Shown here piece after piece: positions 1 to 8,783 of a DNA stretch of 64,000 nt. The notes below the pieces were generated by a model. That model did not search any database, had not been told where the DNA came from, and saw nothing but the letters and a program-made list of their open reading frames with translations. Source of the DNA: Holophagaceae bacterium (GTDB taxonomy: Bacteria > Acidobacteriota > Holophagae > Holophagales > Holophagaceae); assembly GCA_025361205.1 (NCBI GenBank), contig JANYAS010000079.1, forward strand, positions 488 to 64,487, in the 5' to 3' direction. Positions within the stretch are counted from its first letter, which is position 1. Each line of letters opens with the position of its first letter. Position numbers and translations under genes: made by a program.

Positions 1-263
1 TGGTGGGGCTCGCGGTGCTGCATCGGGTGGATCCGGTTTATCCCGATTTCGCCCGCAGTGCGCGGATCCAGGGGCCCGTGGTGCTGATGATGACCGTGGA
101 CGAGCGGGGCCAGCCGAGCCAGGTCCAGGTGCTGGAAGGCCACCCGGTCTTCCACGAGGCGGCCTTGCAGGCGGCCCGCCAGTGGCGGTTCGAGCCCGCA
201 CGCCTCGACGGGCAGCCTGCCTCCGCCACCTTTCGGCTCGCCCTGAAATTCTCGCTGAGGTGA
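1..263 (+). CDS. tonB: Energy transducer TonB, C-terminal domain (5' truncated by window edge)
   Basis: P.YP..AR.ARIQG.VVL.MTVDERG...V.VLEG.PVF..AAL.AARQWRFEPA..DGQP pattern typical of TonB_C; stop at 261-263. Confidence 0.85.
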   Translation, partial: VGLAVLHRVDPVYPDFARSARIQGPVVLMMTVDERGQPSQVQVLEGHPVFHEAALQAARQWRFEPARLDGQPASATFRLALKFSLR

Positions 264-275
264 TACCGTGTACCT

Positions 276-630
276 GTGGATCAGGGCGTCGCTGTCCGTA
301 AGGGCAGAGGAAAGTCCGGGCTCCGCAGGGTACTGGGCCTGGTAACACCAGGGCGGGGTGACCCGACGGACAGTGCAACAGAGAACAGACCGCCGATGGC
401 CGCGCAAGCGGATCAGGCAAGGGTGAAACGGTGGGGTAAGAGCCCACCGCCGGACTGGCAACAGGACGGGCAAGGTAAACCCCCCAGGGAGCAAGACCAA
501 ATAAGCCGGCGTACCGCGCAAGCGGTGAGGGTTGACCCGACCGAGCCGGCGGGTAGGTCGCTAGAGGTGGCTGGCAACAGCCATCCCAGAGGAATGACGT
601 CCCGCGACAGAACCCGGCTTACCGATCCAC
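276..630 (+). ncRNA. rnpB: RNase P RNA (bacterial type A)
   Basis: Universally conserved GAGGAAAGTCCGGGCTCC (306-323), AGTGCAACAGAGAACAGACCGCC, GGTGAAACGGTGGGGTAAGAGCCCACCG, GGTAAACCCC..GAGCAAGACC and ACAGAACCCGGCTTA; P1 ends GTGGATC (276) and GATCCAC (630) are complementary. Confidence 0.97.
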
Positions 631-633
631 CAT

Positions 634-664
634 GGCCCCCGCAAGGGGGCCGTGCTTATGTTTT
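634..664 (+). terminator. Probable intrinsic terminator of rnpB
   Basis: GGCCCCC-GCAA-GGGGGCC hairpin (634-651) followed within ~10 nt by a T-rich tract. Confidence 0.55.
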
Positions 665-860
665 CCGGGGGAGGCTCCGTCTCCGCGACGATGGAGCGGG
701 AGCAGCCTCCTGGGGAGGCTGCGTGAGGCGGAGGGCGCTGCGCGCCTCCGGGTATCGCAACGCTTAGCGTTGCTCCCACGCGCCGAAGGGCGCGCGGACC
801 CAAAGCCTCCCCCCGGACCCCTGCGCAGACGCCCGGCAAAGCCCTGCATCTGCTTGACCA
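664..860. repeat. REP/MITE-like intergenic palindromic element, copy 1
   Basis: Inverted ends CCGGGGGAGGCT..AGCCTCCCCCCGG; core GCGCTGCGCGCCTCCGGGTATCGCAACGCTTAGCGTTGCTCCC shared with 3786-3890 (-) and 5071-5245. Confidence 0.7.
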
Positions 861-1078
861 ACACGGTCCCCAGGAGGGGGCCGCGCTTTTCTACATTCGC
901 GCTATCGGCTAGGCTTTGATTTGATCTCCGAGTAGGCCTCTGACCTGTCCCCTCCATCCCCATTGCTGCCCGCCTGGACTTGGCGCGTACGCAGTGCGCC
1001 TGGGCTGAGGCCTGGATGTGACGTTGAGGCAGGCTGCGGTTGACGCAGCCCCGTGCGGCCGTTCCTTTGGAGTTTCCC

Positions 1079-1843
1079 ATGTTCCACAATTTGTCCTGTC
1101 TGGCCCGCCGTTTGGAGCGCGCCCAGGCCCTTCAGAACGAGCGATTCAACCGGGCTGCCGGCGGCCAGAGTCTGCCGGTGGGGGGCGGCTTCGCCCATTT
1201 TCGCGGCGCGGCCCATCCGCTCAACCAGGCTCTGGGCCTGGTTGAGCCCGTTGCCGAGGCAGAGTTGGCGGCGGTCGAGGCCTTCCTCGGGGCGCCCACG
1301 GTGCTGGAACTGAGCCCAGGCGCCGACCCCGAACTCTGGCCGCTGCTCGCCCGGCGGGGCTACCGCCTGCACCAGTTTCAGCAGCTGTGGGTCCGGGACG
1401 TCCCGGATCCACCCCGACCCATCTCCGCCCCCGAGCGGGGGATCCGTCCTGCCCGGCTGGAGGAGGCGCGCACCTACAACCGCATCGTGGCTGCGGGGTT
1501 CTTGGAGAGGGACGACTGGTGGGACCTGGAACCGCCCTTCGAAGCCGCCCTCGACGTCCTCGACGCCTGGGGTTTCCTGGCCTTCGTGGACGGGGAACCT
1601 GCGGGAGCGGCCATGCTCGGCATCGTGGATGGCGTGGCCCTGCTGTCGGGTGACGCCGTGCTGCCCCGCTGCCGAGGGCAGGGCCTCCAGCAGGCGCTCA
1701 TCCGGGCCCGCCTTGCCTTGGCGAAGGAGCGGGGCTGTGATTTGGCCTGCGCCTCCACGGCCCCCGGAACGGCCAGCCAGCGGTCCTATGAAGCCTGCGG
1801 GTTCCATGTGGCCTATCCCAAGGTGGAGATGGCCCGGGGGTGA
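1079..1843 (+). CDS. GNAT family N-acetyltransferase
   Basis: Acetyl-CoA motif VLPRCRGQGLQQALI near the C-terminus; start placed at ATG 1079 behind GGAG. Confidence 0.8.
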   Translation: MFHNLSCLARRLERAQALQNERFNRAAGGQSLPVGGGFAHFRGAAHPLNQALGLVEPVAEAELAAVEAFLGAPTVLELSPGADPELWPLLARRGYRLHQFQQLWVRDVPDPPRPISAPERGIRPARLEEARTYNRIVAAGFLERDDWWDLEPPFEAALDVLDAWGFLAFVDGEPAGAAMLGIVDGVALLSGDAVLPRCRGQGLQQALIRARLALAKERGCDLACASTAPGTASQRSYEACGFHVAYPKVEMARG

Positions 1844-1885
1844 ACACCGCTGGGAAGGCTGGTGCGGCGTATGGTTCCATGAAGC

Positions 1886-3040
1886 ATGCGCCGCCCTTCG
1901 CCCCAGACCGCCGCCCTGCTCGTGACGGCGCTCGCCTTCCATGTGGACATGCTCCTCTACTACCTGCTGGTGCCCCTGCTGCCGAGGTACGCCCGGGAGT
2001 TGAACCTCAACCAGATGCAAATCGGCATCCTCTTCGGCAGCTACGCCGTGGCCCTGCTGCTGGCCACCTTCCCAGTGGCCATGCTTTCGGACCGCTACGG
2101 CCGACGCACGCCCATGCTCTGGGGGCTGGCCGGCCTCGCCGTGACCACGCTGGTGTTCGCAGTGTCGAAGCAATACTGGCTGCTGGTCCTGGCCCGCTTC
2201 CTCCAGGGCGCGGCGGGCTCTGCCACCTGGCTACCGGGGATGGCACTCCTGGCGGACCACTTTCCGAAGGAGTCGAGAGGGCGGGCCATGGGGACGGCCT
2301 TCGCCGCGGCGAACCTCGGCGTGCTCATCGGCCCTCCCCTGTCGGGCTTCCTGGATCAGCACGTGGGGCCGTCCGCCCCGTTTCTGCTGGGTACCGTGCT
2401 GGTGGCCCTGGATGCAGGCGGGCGGGCCTTCCTGCTGCCGGTGGTGGAACCGAAGCGGGGGCCACGCCTTCCTTTCCGACAATTGCTGTCCAATCCTGTC
2501 ATCCGGCTCTTCGCGGGGGCCATGGCGCTGGGGTCGGGGCTGTGGGCCCTGATCGAGTCCACCCTCCCGCTGGATCTGGACCATCGCCTGGGCCTGAGCC
2601 CCACCCAGATCGGCCTCTGCTTCGCGGCTGCAGCCCTGGCCCATACCTTCTCCTCGCCGCTGATGGGGCGGCTGTCCGACCGCATCGGGCGCGTGAAGGT
2701 GCTGCGCATGGGCCTCGTTTTATCGGTGATCATGCTGCCGCTGCCAGTCCTGGTTCCGGCTCCCTGGATGGTGGTCCTCGCCATGATGGGCCTGGGCGCC
2801 ACGGCCAGCTTCATCATGAGCCCCTGCAGCCCAGCGGTGGCGGACCAGGTGGAACGGCAGGGCAGCCAGAGCTTCGCTTCCGCCTTTTCCGTCCTGAACC
2901 TCGCCTACTCTGTGGGCTTGATGTTGGGCCCCCTGCTGGGTGGCGCCCTGGTGCAGGGACTGGGCCTGCCCGTGGCCCTGGGGTTGTGCGGACTGGGCTT
3001 CGGCGCTTACTTGCTGGCGACCCGGGGTTTCACTGCTTGA
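1886..3040 (+). CDS. MFS transporter (DHA1/TetA-like)
   Basis: About 12 hydrophobic segments; motif A LSDRYGRR and its repeat GRLSDRIGR. Confidence 0.9.
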   Translation: MRRPSPQTAALLVTALAFHVDMLLYYLLVPLLPRYARELNLNQMQIGILFGSYAVALLLATFPVAMLSDRYGRRTPMLWGLAGLAVTTLVFAVSKQYWLLVLARFLQGAAGSATWLPGMALLADHFPKESRGRAMGTAFAAANLGVLIGPPLSGFLDQHVGPSAPFLLGTVLVALDAGGRAFLLPVVEPKRGPRLPFRQLLSNPVIRLFAGAMALGSGLWALIESTLPLDLDHRLGLSPTQIGLCFAAAALAHTFSSPLMGRLSDRIGRVKVLRMGLVLSVIMLPLPVLVPAPWMVVLAMMGLGATASFIMSPCSPAVADQVERQGSQSFASAFSVLNLAYSVGLMLGPLLGGALVQGLGLPVALGLCGLGFGAYLLATRGFTA

Positions 3041-3743
3041 AGGCGCGGTAGATCCAGCGGTCCTCTGCCTCGGCCCAGGGACGTCCATCCAGTCCGCCGT
3101 AGGCTCGGGCCACCACGAAGCCTGCCTCGTCCAGGAACGCGCGGATCTCGGCATCCGTGGGAATCCAGATGTCGTGGCGGAAAGCCGCACCCTGGCAGAG
3201 CCGTTCCGTGAAGATGCGACGGCCGTCCGGGCTCCACTGGGCCCGCTCCTGGTAGCCCTCCGGATATTCCAGCCAATCGGCTTCCCCCTGCGCCACCAGG
3301 CTCCGAAGGTAGGTCCGTCCCGCCAGGTCCAGCAGGAGCGTACCCCCGGGACGCAGCACCCGGGCGAACTCCGAGAGCTGGAGGAGGTTCTCCGCCTCGG
3401 TGGCGAAATAGCCCCAGCTCGTGTAGGCGCAGAACACGCCGTCGGCGCCCCCCGTATGGAAGGGGAGAGCCCGAAAGTCTAGGCGGACGAGGGGCGCGGG
3501 ATGGTCGGCCTGGTGTCTCGCCAGATTGAGGGGGCTCAAGTCCCCGCCGATGATCTCCAGGCCCCGTGCGCGGAGATGGGGATGCAGGCGGCCCCAGCCA
3601 CAGGGGAGGTCGAGCACCCGACTTCCGGGCTTCAGGTCCAGCAAGGCCGCCAGCGCAGGGCCCTCTACGGCCGCGTCCTGGACCTTGTCAGCGTAGATGG
3701 CGAAATAGGCGGGATGGTTGAAATCCCAGGCAAACCATTCCAT
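3030..3743 (-). CDS. Class I SAM-dependent methyltransferase
   Basis: RVLDLPCGWGR motif I; DFRALPF; RVLRPGGTLLLD. Confidence 0.88.
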   Translation of the reverse strand: MEWFAWDFNHPAYFAIYADKVQDAAVEGPALAALLDLKPGSRVLDLPCGWGRLHPHLRARGLEIIGGDLSPLNLARHQADHPAPLVRLDFRALPFHTGGADGVFCAYTSWGYFATEAENLLQLSEFARVLRPGGTLLLDLAGRTYLRSLVAQGEADWLEYPEGYQERAQWSPDGRRIFTERLCQGAAFRHDIWIPTDAEIRAFLDEAGFVVARAYGGLDGRPWAEAEDRWIYRAFKQ

Positions 3744-3785
3744 AGACCGAGTGTGGCAGACCGCAACCTTCAGCGGAAAAGCAGA

Positions 3786-3890
3786 GGAGCAACGCTAGTC
3801 GATGCGATACCCGGGAGCGCGCAGCGCGGAATCCTTGGAGAATAAAAGCAGAGGACCCGGGGGTATGCGCGCAGCGCGGAACCCCCGGAC
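3786..3890 (-). repeat. REP-like element, copy 2 (two partial units in tandem)
   Basis: Reverse complement reads TCCGGGGGTTCCGCGCTGCGCGC ... TTCCGCGCTGCGCGCTCCCGGGTATCGCATCGACTAGCGTTGCTCC, matching the 735 and 5071 copies. Confidence 0.65.
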
Positions 3891-3894
3891 AAAA

Positions 3895-4449
3895 TTAACC
3901 CTCTTCGGGTTCCGCCTTCACGAGCTTCACGGATGGCGTGGGCTGGGGGCTGTTCACGATGCCCTTCCAGACATAGCGCGTGCCACGCTTCTGGCCGCTC
4001 TTGACGATCAACTTGGCCTCCTCCAGTTCGGTGAATAGGCGCCGGAGGGTGGCGGGGGCCCAATCGCACTCTTTGAGATCCAGGGCAACCTGGGCCTCGA
4101 AGCTGCTCAAGGAACCCTTGTCCTGCAGGGTCCGCATGAGTTGGTTCTTCAGGTCCTCGAGTTCGGGCTTGGAACGCCGGGCCTTGGTCTTGAAGGCCGG
4201 CGCCGGCTCCGAAGCGGGCACCTGCACAGGGGCCTTCGGGGCAGGCGTGAAGGGGGTGGGAGCGAGCGCCGTCGCCTGGGCCTGAACGAGCAGGCCATCC
4301 ACATAGATGTCACCCCGTTCGGGCTGGAAGAGCACCACCACGGAGCCGGGCGCCATGCCTTCATGCTGGAGGGCCGTGATGACCCGTTCTCCGATCCGTG
4401 CTTTCTGGTCGGAGGAAAGTTGGGGGGATTCGATAATGACGATGGCCAT
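3895..4449 (-). CDS. Hypothetical protein: tautomerase-like N-terminus, Pro/Ala linker, putative winged-helix C-terminus
   Basis: N-term IVIIESPQLSSDQKARIGERVITAL..G..P.SVVVLF resembles a beta-alpha-beta 4-OT unit; C-term ATLRRLFTELEEAKLIVKSGQKRGTRY resembles wHTH; ATG 4449 has GGAG RBS (alternative GTG 4455). Confidence 0.6.
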   Translation of the reverse strand: MAIVIIESPQLSSDQKARIGERVITALQHEGMAPGSVVVLFQPERGDIYVDGLLVQAQATALAPTPFTPAPKAPVQVPASEPAPAFKTKARRSKPELEDLKNQLMRTLQDKGSLSSFEAQVALDLKECDWAPATLRRLFTELEEAKLIVKSGQKRGTRYVWKGIVNSPQPTPSVKLVKAEPEEG

Positions 4450-4565
4450 GGGCACTCCACTATGTATACGGGAAGGTAATAATACTCCTTGGGTCTAGGT
4501 TTGTAAAAAGGTGATTGTGCGACGGATTCTCAAACAAATCAGTTAAGCTTCCCGCTGAGGGTCCC

Positions 4566-5066
4566 ATGCGCAAGACCAAGATCGAACGGCCCGAGGAACA
4601 GCAGCGATTCGAGAGCTTTCTGCGGTCCCGCCAGCTGAAACTGACCGGTGAACGCCTGGAACTGGTGGAGGAGGTCTTCGGCCAGCCCCACCATTTCGAT
4701 GCCGATCAGCTGCACATGGCCCTGAAGCAGAAGGGCAAGGCCATCAGCCGGGCCACGGTCTACCGCACGCTGGACCTGTTGGTGCAGTGCGGCCTGGTGC
4801 GGAAGAGCAGCTTCGGCGACCAGCACGCCCACTACGAGGCCGTCCGCAGTGATGAGCACCACGACCACCTGATCTGCCTGAACTGCGACGCCATTATCGA
4901 GTTCTTCCGTCCGGACCTGGAGGCCCTCCAGGAGCAGATCTGCCGGGAGTTTGCCTTCAAGCCGATGCATCACAGCCACCAGATATTCGGACTGTGCCAG
5001 GCCTGCCAGGGTCTTGTAACCGACGATTCCGTGCTCGCCCACCGGATGAGCCAGCTCAGCACTTGA
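4566..5066 (+). CDS. fur: Fur family transcriptional regulator
   Basis: LKLTGER, ISRATVYRTLDLL, HHDHLICLNC and two CxxC motifs. Confidence 0.93.
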   Translation: MRKTKIERPEEQQRFESFLRSRQLKLTGERLELVEEVFGQPHHFDADQLHMALKQKGKAISRATVYRTLDLLVQCGLVRKSSFGDQHAHYEAVRSDEHHDHLICLNCDAIIEFFRPDLEALQEQICREFAFKPMHHSHQIFGLCQACQGLVTDDSVLAHRMSQLST

Positions 5067-5070
5067 TGCT

Positions 5071-5245
5071 CTCCGGGGGTTCCGCGCTGCGCGCCTCCAG
5101 GTATCGCAACGCTTTGCGTTACTCCCACGCACCAAGGGGCGCAGGGACCTGGAGCCTCCCCCCAGGCCCCCGCGCAAAACCCGGCAGAGCCGGATTTTGC
5201 TTTGTCTACCTCCAGAGGTTTCGCAACGCCTAGCGGGGCTCCCCC
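5071..5245 (+). repeat. REP-like element, copy 3 plus trailing partial unit
   Basis: 5084-~5205 aligns over ~120 nt with 735-~857; a degenerate extra unit CCTCCAGAGGTTTCGCAACGCCTAGCGGGGCTCCC lies at 5210-5245. Confidence 0.7.
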
Positions 5246-5331
5246 GCGTAGAAATTGGCGGAGTCGGGCTTTTGCCTACTCCTGGGTCTTCATCTCATAG
5301 CCGCCAGGCTTGCAAAGCGCTAGGCTGGACC

Positions 5332-6399
5332 ATGGCTAAGCTCACGATCCAGGATCTCCAGCGTCTTCCCAAGACGGATTTGCACGTCCATCTGGACGGC
5401 AGTCTCCGTATAGCGACCATCCTTGACTTGGCAGAACAGCAGAAAGTGAAGCTCCCCGCGGACTCTATCGAGGGGCTACGCCCCTTCGTGGAGGTGGGGG
5501 ACGACTGCAAGTCACTGGTGGAATACCTCAGGGCCTTCGACGTCACCCTTTCGGTGATGCAGACCTATGAAAGCCTGGTGCGCACCGCGTTCGAATTGGC
5601 CGAGGATTCGGCCAAGGAGAATGTCCGCTACCTGGAAGTGCGCTACAGCCCCATCCTCCATCAGCAGCAGGGGCTGACGCTCCACGCCATCGTACAGGCG
5701 GTGCTGGAAGGCCTGGCCCAGGCCGAGCGGAAGTACAACATCAAGACCGGCGTCATCCTCTGCGGCATGCGCCACATCTCACCGGACATCTCGCTGCGGC
5801 TGGCGGACCTCACCGTGGCCTTCAAGAACAAGGGCGTGGTGGGTTTTGACCTGGCGGGCGCCGAGGAGAACTTCCCCGCCAAGCGCCACAAGGACGCCTT
5901 CAGCCGCGTGCTCCAGAACAACATCAACTGCACCCTCCACGCAGGCGAGGCCTACGGCCCCGAGAGCATCCACCAGGCCATCCACCTCTGCGGAGCCCAC
6001 CGCATCGGCCACGGTGTGCGGCTCATCGAGGATGGGGACCTGCTGAACTATGTGAACGACCACCGCATCCCGCTGGAGTGCTGCCCCTCCAGCAACGTGC
6101 AGACCAAGGCCGTGAAGAAGATGGCCGATCATCCCATCCGCCTCTTCTACGACCTAGGCCTCCGTGTCACGGTGAACACGGACAACCGTATGGTGACGAA
6201 CACCACGGTCAGCCACGAGTTCCAGGTCATCCACGAGGAACTGGGCTTCAACCTCGAGGAAATCAAGGAACTCATCATCATGGGGTTCAAGAGTGCCTTC
6301 TTGCCTTATGCCCTGAAACGGGCCCTGCTGGCTGAAGTGGTGCATGAACTGAAGGCCTTCAAGCCCGGCAGCCTGGAGAGTAAAAAGGAACAGCTCTAA
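5332..6399 (+). CDS. add: Adenosine deaminase
   Basis: LPKTDLHVHLDGS, GFDLAGAE, TLHAGEA, HRIGHG, LECCPSSN, VNTDN motifs. Confidence 0.93.
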   Translation: MAKLTIQDLQRLPKTDLHVHLDGSLRIATILDLAEQQKVKLPADSIEGLRPFVEVGDDCKSLVEYLRAFDVTLSVMQTYESLVRTAFELAEDSAKENVRYLEVRYSPILHQQQGLTLHAIVQAVLEGLAQAERKYNIKTGVILCGMRHISPDISLRLADLTVAFKNKGVVGFDLAGAEENFPAKRHKDAFSRVLQNNINCTLHAGEAYGPESIHQAIHLCGAHRIGHGVRLIEDGDLLNYVNDHRIPLECCPSSNVQTKAVKKMADHPIRLFYDLGLRVTVNTDNRMVTNTTVSHEFQVIHEELGFNLEEIKELIIMGFKSAFLPYALKRALLAEVVHELKAFKPGSLESKKEQL

Positions 6400-6493
6400 G
6401 GACGGGTCGGCACGGTCTCGCGAATCGGCAGAGCTGATACCGGGAAAGGGAACAGCACTAAGGCTGGTATCCTGACTGTCGAGGTCAAGATTC

Positions 6494-7489
6494 ATGCTCG
6501 ATCGTTTCTCCGCCTTTCTCGACTGCCATGCCCGGGTCCTTCTCACGACGCACGAGAATCCTGACGGGGATGGTGTGGGCGCGGCCATTGCGTTGGCCGC
6601 CCACCTGAAAGAGGCCGGTAAGGAAACCCGGATCGTGGTGACCCCTGCGCTGCCCGAGAACCTTCGCTTTCTGGATCCCGAGGGCTGGGTCGAGGCTTAC
6701 GACCCCCTGGGCGCCCACCGGGAGCTGGCCGCGTGGCCGGATGCCTGGCTGCTCATCGATGCCTCGGAACCCCACCGCATGGGACCGCTGTTTGCGGCCT
6801 TCGAGCGGACCGAGGCCGCCCGCGCATGCCTCGATCACCACCTGAAGGACGCGCCCAAAGGCTTCGATGCCGAGTTCACCGATTCCACCGCCAGCGCCAG
6901 CGCAGAACTGGTCTACGACCTGGTGCGGCCCCGCATCGGCGGGGACCTCCCCCCCGTAATGGCCCAGGCGCTTTATGCGGGCATGGTGAGCGACACGGGC
7001 AACTTCCGCCACTCCAACAGCACTCCGAAAATCCACCATGCAGCCGCGGATCTCATCGCCCAGGGCATCCATCCTGCCCGCACTTACAATGCCCTCTACC
7101 AGACGGCCACGCCCGCCAAGCTCAAGCTCTTCGGCCGGGCCATGGGCGGGTTACAGCTTCGCGACGGCGGACGCTTCGCCTACGTCTCCGTGACCCAGGC
7201 GGACCTCGTCGCCTGTGGCGCCACGCACGAAGATCTGGACGAACTGGTGGAAGAACCTCGCAAGCTGAAGGGGGTGGAGGTGGCGGCGCTCTTCTCGGAA
7301 ACCGACGACGGCCGCGCCAAGGTCAGCCTGCGGTCCCGGGAATTGGTGGACGTAAACGCCGTCTGCCGCCAGTTCGGCGGCGGCGGCCACCGGCTGGCCT
7401 CCGGCGCCAAGGCCGCCCAGCCCCTGGAGGCCTTCATCGCTCAGGTGGAAGCCGCTGTGGTGGCTCAAATGGGTCGCGATATTGTCTAG
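6494..7489 (+). CDS. nrnA: DHH family phosphoesterase (bifunctional oligoribonuclease/PAP phosphatase NrnA)
   Basis: HENPDGDG, LIDAS, DHH, SDTGNFR, GGGHRLASG. Confidence 0.9.
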   Translation: MLDRFSAFLDCHARVLLTTHENPDGDGVGAAIALAAHLKEAGKETRIVVTPALPENLRFLDPEGWVEAYDPLGAHRELAAWPDAWLLIDASEPHRMGPLFAAFERTEAARACLDHHLKDAPKGFDAEFTDSTASASAELVYDLVRPRIGGDLPPVMAQALYAGMVSDTGNFRHSNSTPKIHHAAADLIAQGIHPARTYNALYQTATPAKLKLFGRAMGGLQLRDGGRFAYVSVTQADLVACGATHEDLDELVEEPRKLKGVEVAALFSETDDGRAKVSLRSRELVDVNAVCRQFGGGGHRLASGAKAAQPLEAFIAQVEAAVVAQMGRDIV

Positions 7490-7595
7490 AATATGAATTA
7501 GACGAAATGGGTTGCCCGGATGGAACCCTGACATCAAACTTCATCCCTGCCTCGGGTGGCATCCAAAGACCAAGCCGCCCTTTTCCTGGACTCCC

Positions 7596-8255
7596 ATGTC
7601 GCCCAAAGATCCCAGCAGCGCCCCGAAGCTTGAGCTCTTCTGTAAGCTCCAGGCGGACAAGGTGCCTTTCATTGCCAAGGCGAATGTCCCCTCCATCTTC
7701 GGTATGTTCACCGTCTACGGCTTCCTCGAGCACGCCACGGGCAAGGAGCACCTCGCCATCGTCAGCGGCGAGATCGACGCCCGCCGCCGCATCGCAGTGC
7801 GCATCCACTCGGAGTGTTGGACCGGCGATGTGCTGGGCAGCCTGAAATGCGACTGCCGCCAGCAGCTTGAAGAGGCCTTGCGCCACATCTCCGAACACGG
7901 CGGCATGGTGTTGTACCTGCGCCAAGAGGGTCGGGGCATCGGCCTCCTGAACAAGCTCAAGGCCTACACGCTGCAGGAACAGGGACTCGACACGGTGGAG
8001 GCCAACCACTCGCTGGGCTTCCCCGATGACCTGCGCACCTACGACTGCGCGGTGGAGATGCTGAAATTTTTCGGCATCACCCAGGTGAAACTGCTCACCA
8101 ACAATCCCCGCAAGATCGGCGCCCTGGAATCCGCCGGCATCGAGGTGGAGCGGGAGCGTCACCAACTGGCCTCCAACCCCCACAACCTGCGCTACCTCAA
8201 GACCAAGGCCCGCAAGAGCGGCCACCTTCTGGATTTCGAAGAGGAAGTGCTTTAG
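7596..8255 (+). CDS. ribA: GTP cyclohydrolase II
   Basis: VRIHSECWTGDVLGSLKCDCRQQL, YLRQEGRGIGL, LLTNNPRK. Confidence 0.95.
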   Translation: MSPKDPSSAPKLELFCKLQADKVPFIAKANVPSIFGMFTVYGFLEHATGKEHLAIVSGEIDARRRIAVRIHSECWTGDVLGSLKCDCRQQLEEALRHISEHGGMVLYLRQEGRGIGLLNKLKAYTLQEQGLDTVEANHSLGFPDDLRTYDCAVEMLKFFGITQVKLLTNNPRKIGALESAGIEVERERHQLASNPHNLRYLKTKARKSGHLLDFEEEVL

Positions 8256-8270
8256 CGGTTAGCCCCTTTC

Positions 8271-8309
8271 AGCTATCGGTTGACAGTCGAGAGCCGACGG
8301 CTGATAGCT
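8271..8309. repeat. Intergenic inverted repeat/hairpin
   Basis: AGCTATCGGTTG...CGGCTGATAGCT outer stem (with G-U pairs) and inner GTCG-AGAGC-CGAC. Confidence 0.5.
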
Positions 8310-8315
8310 ATAGCT

Positions 8316-8771
8316 ATGCCCGTTCCCCTTCCCGCCCCCGTCTCCGACCAGACCATCACCAACATCTCCCATGTCATCCAACTCTCGGTGGCGCCGGTCT
8401 TCTTGCTGACGTCCATCGGCACCATCCTCGGGGTGCTCTCTGCACGGCTGGCGCGCATCGTGGACCGGGCGCGGGCCCTCAATGACCGGCTTGAAACGGC
8501 CTTGGAAGATCGGATGCCCGGCATTCGCATGGAAATGCACATCCTGGCCCGGCGGCGGAAGCTGGTGAACCTGGCCATCACGGCCGGCACCACCGCGGCC
8601 CTGCTGGTGTGCGTGAGCATCGCCACGGTGTTTCTCGGGGCCGTGATGAAGGCCAGCGTGGCCTTGGTGGTGGCCTCGCTCTTCATCCTGGCCATGGCCG
8701 CCTTCGTGGCAGCCCTGGTGTTCTTCCTCCGCGAAGTGCTCCTCGCGTCGCGAAGCCTGCATTTGACCTAA
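8316..8771 (+). CDS. DUF2721-like membrane protein
   Basis: VIQLSVAPVFLLTSIG...RLARIVDRAR and three TM helices. Confidence 0.75.
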   Translation: MPVPLPAPVSDQTITNISHVIQLSVAPVFLLTSIGTILGVLSARLARIVDRARALNDRLETALEDRMPGIRMEMHILARRRKLVNLAITAGTTAALLVCVSIATVFLGAVMKASVALVVASLFILAMAAFVAALVFFLREVLLASRSLHLT

Positions 8772-8783
8772 ACGAGGTGTGAC

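Noticed and set aside
276-767. 163-aa ORF and other ORFs over 276-1089
   Set aside because: They overlap RNase P RNA and the palindromic repeat; chance frames.
5246-5331. Purine riboswitch upstream of add
   Set aside because: The conserved purine-aptamer core is absent; only a GGAGTCGGGC-TTTT-GCCTACTCC hairpin is present.
7490-7595. FMN riboswitch upstream of ribA
   Set aside because: No RFN consensus and too short; the second ribA has no leader at all.
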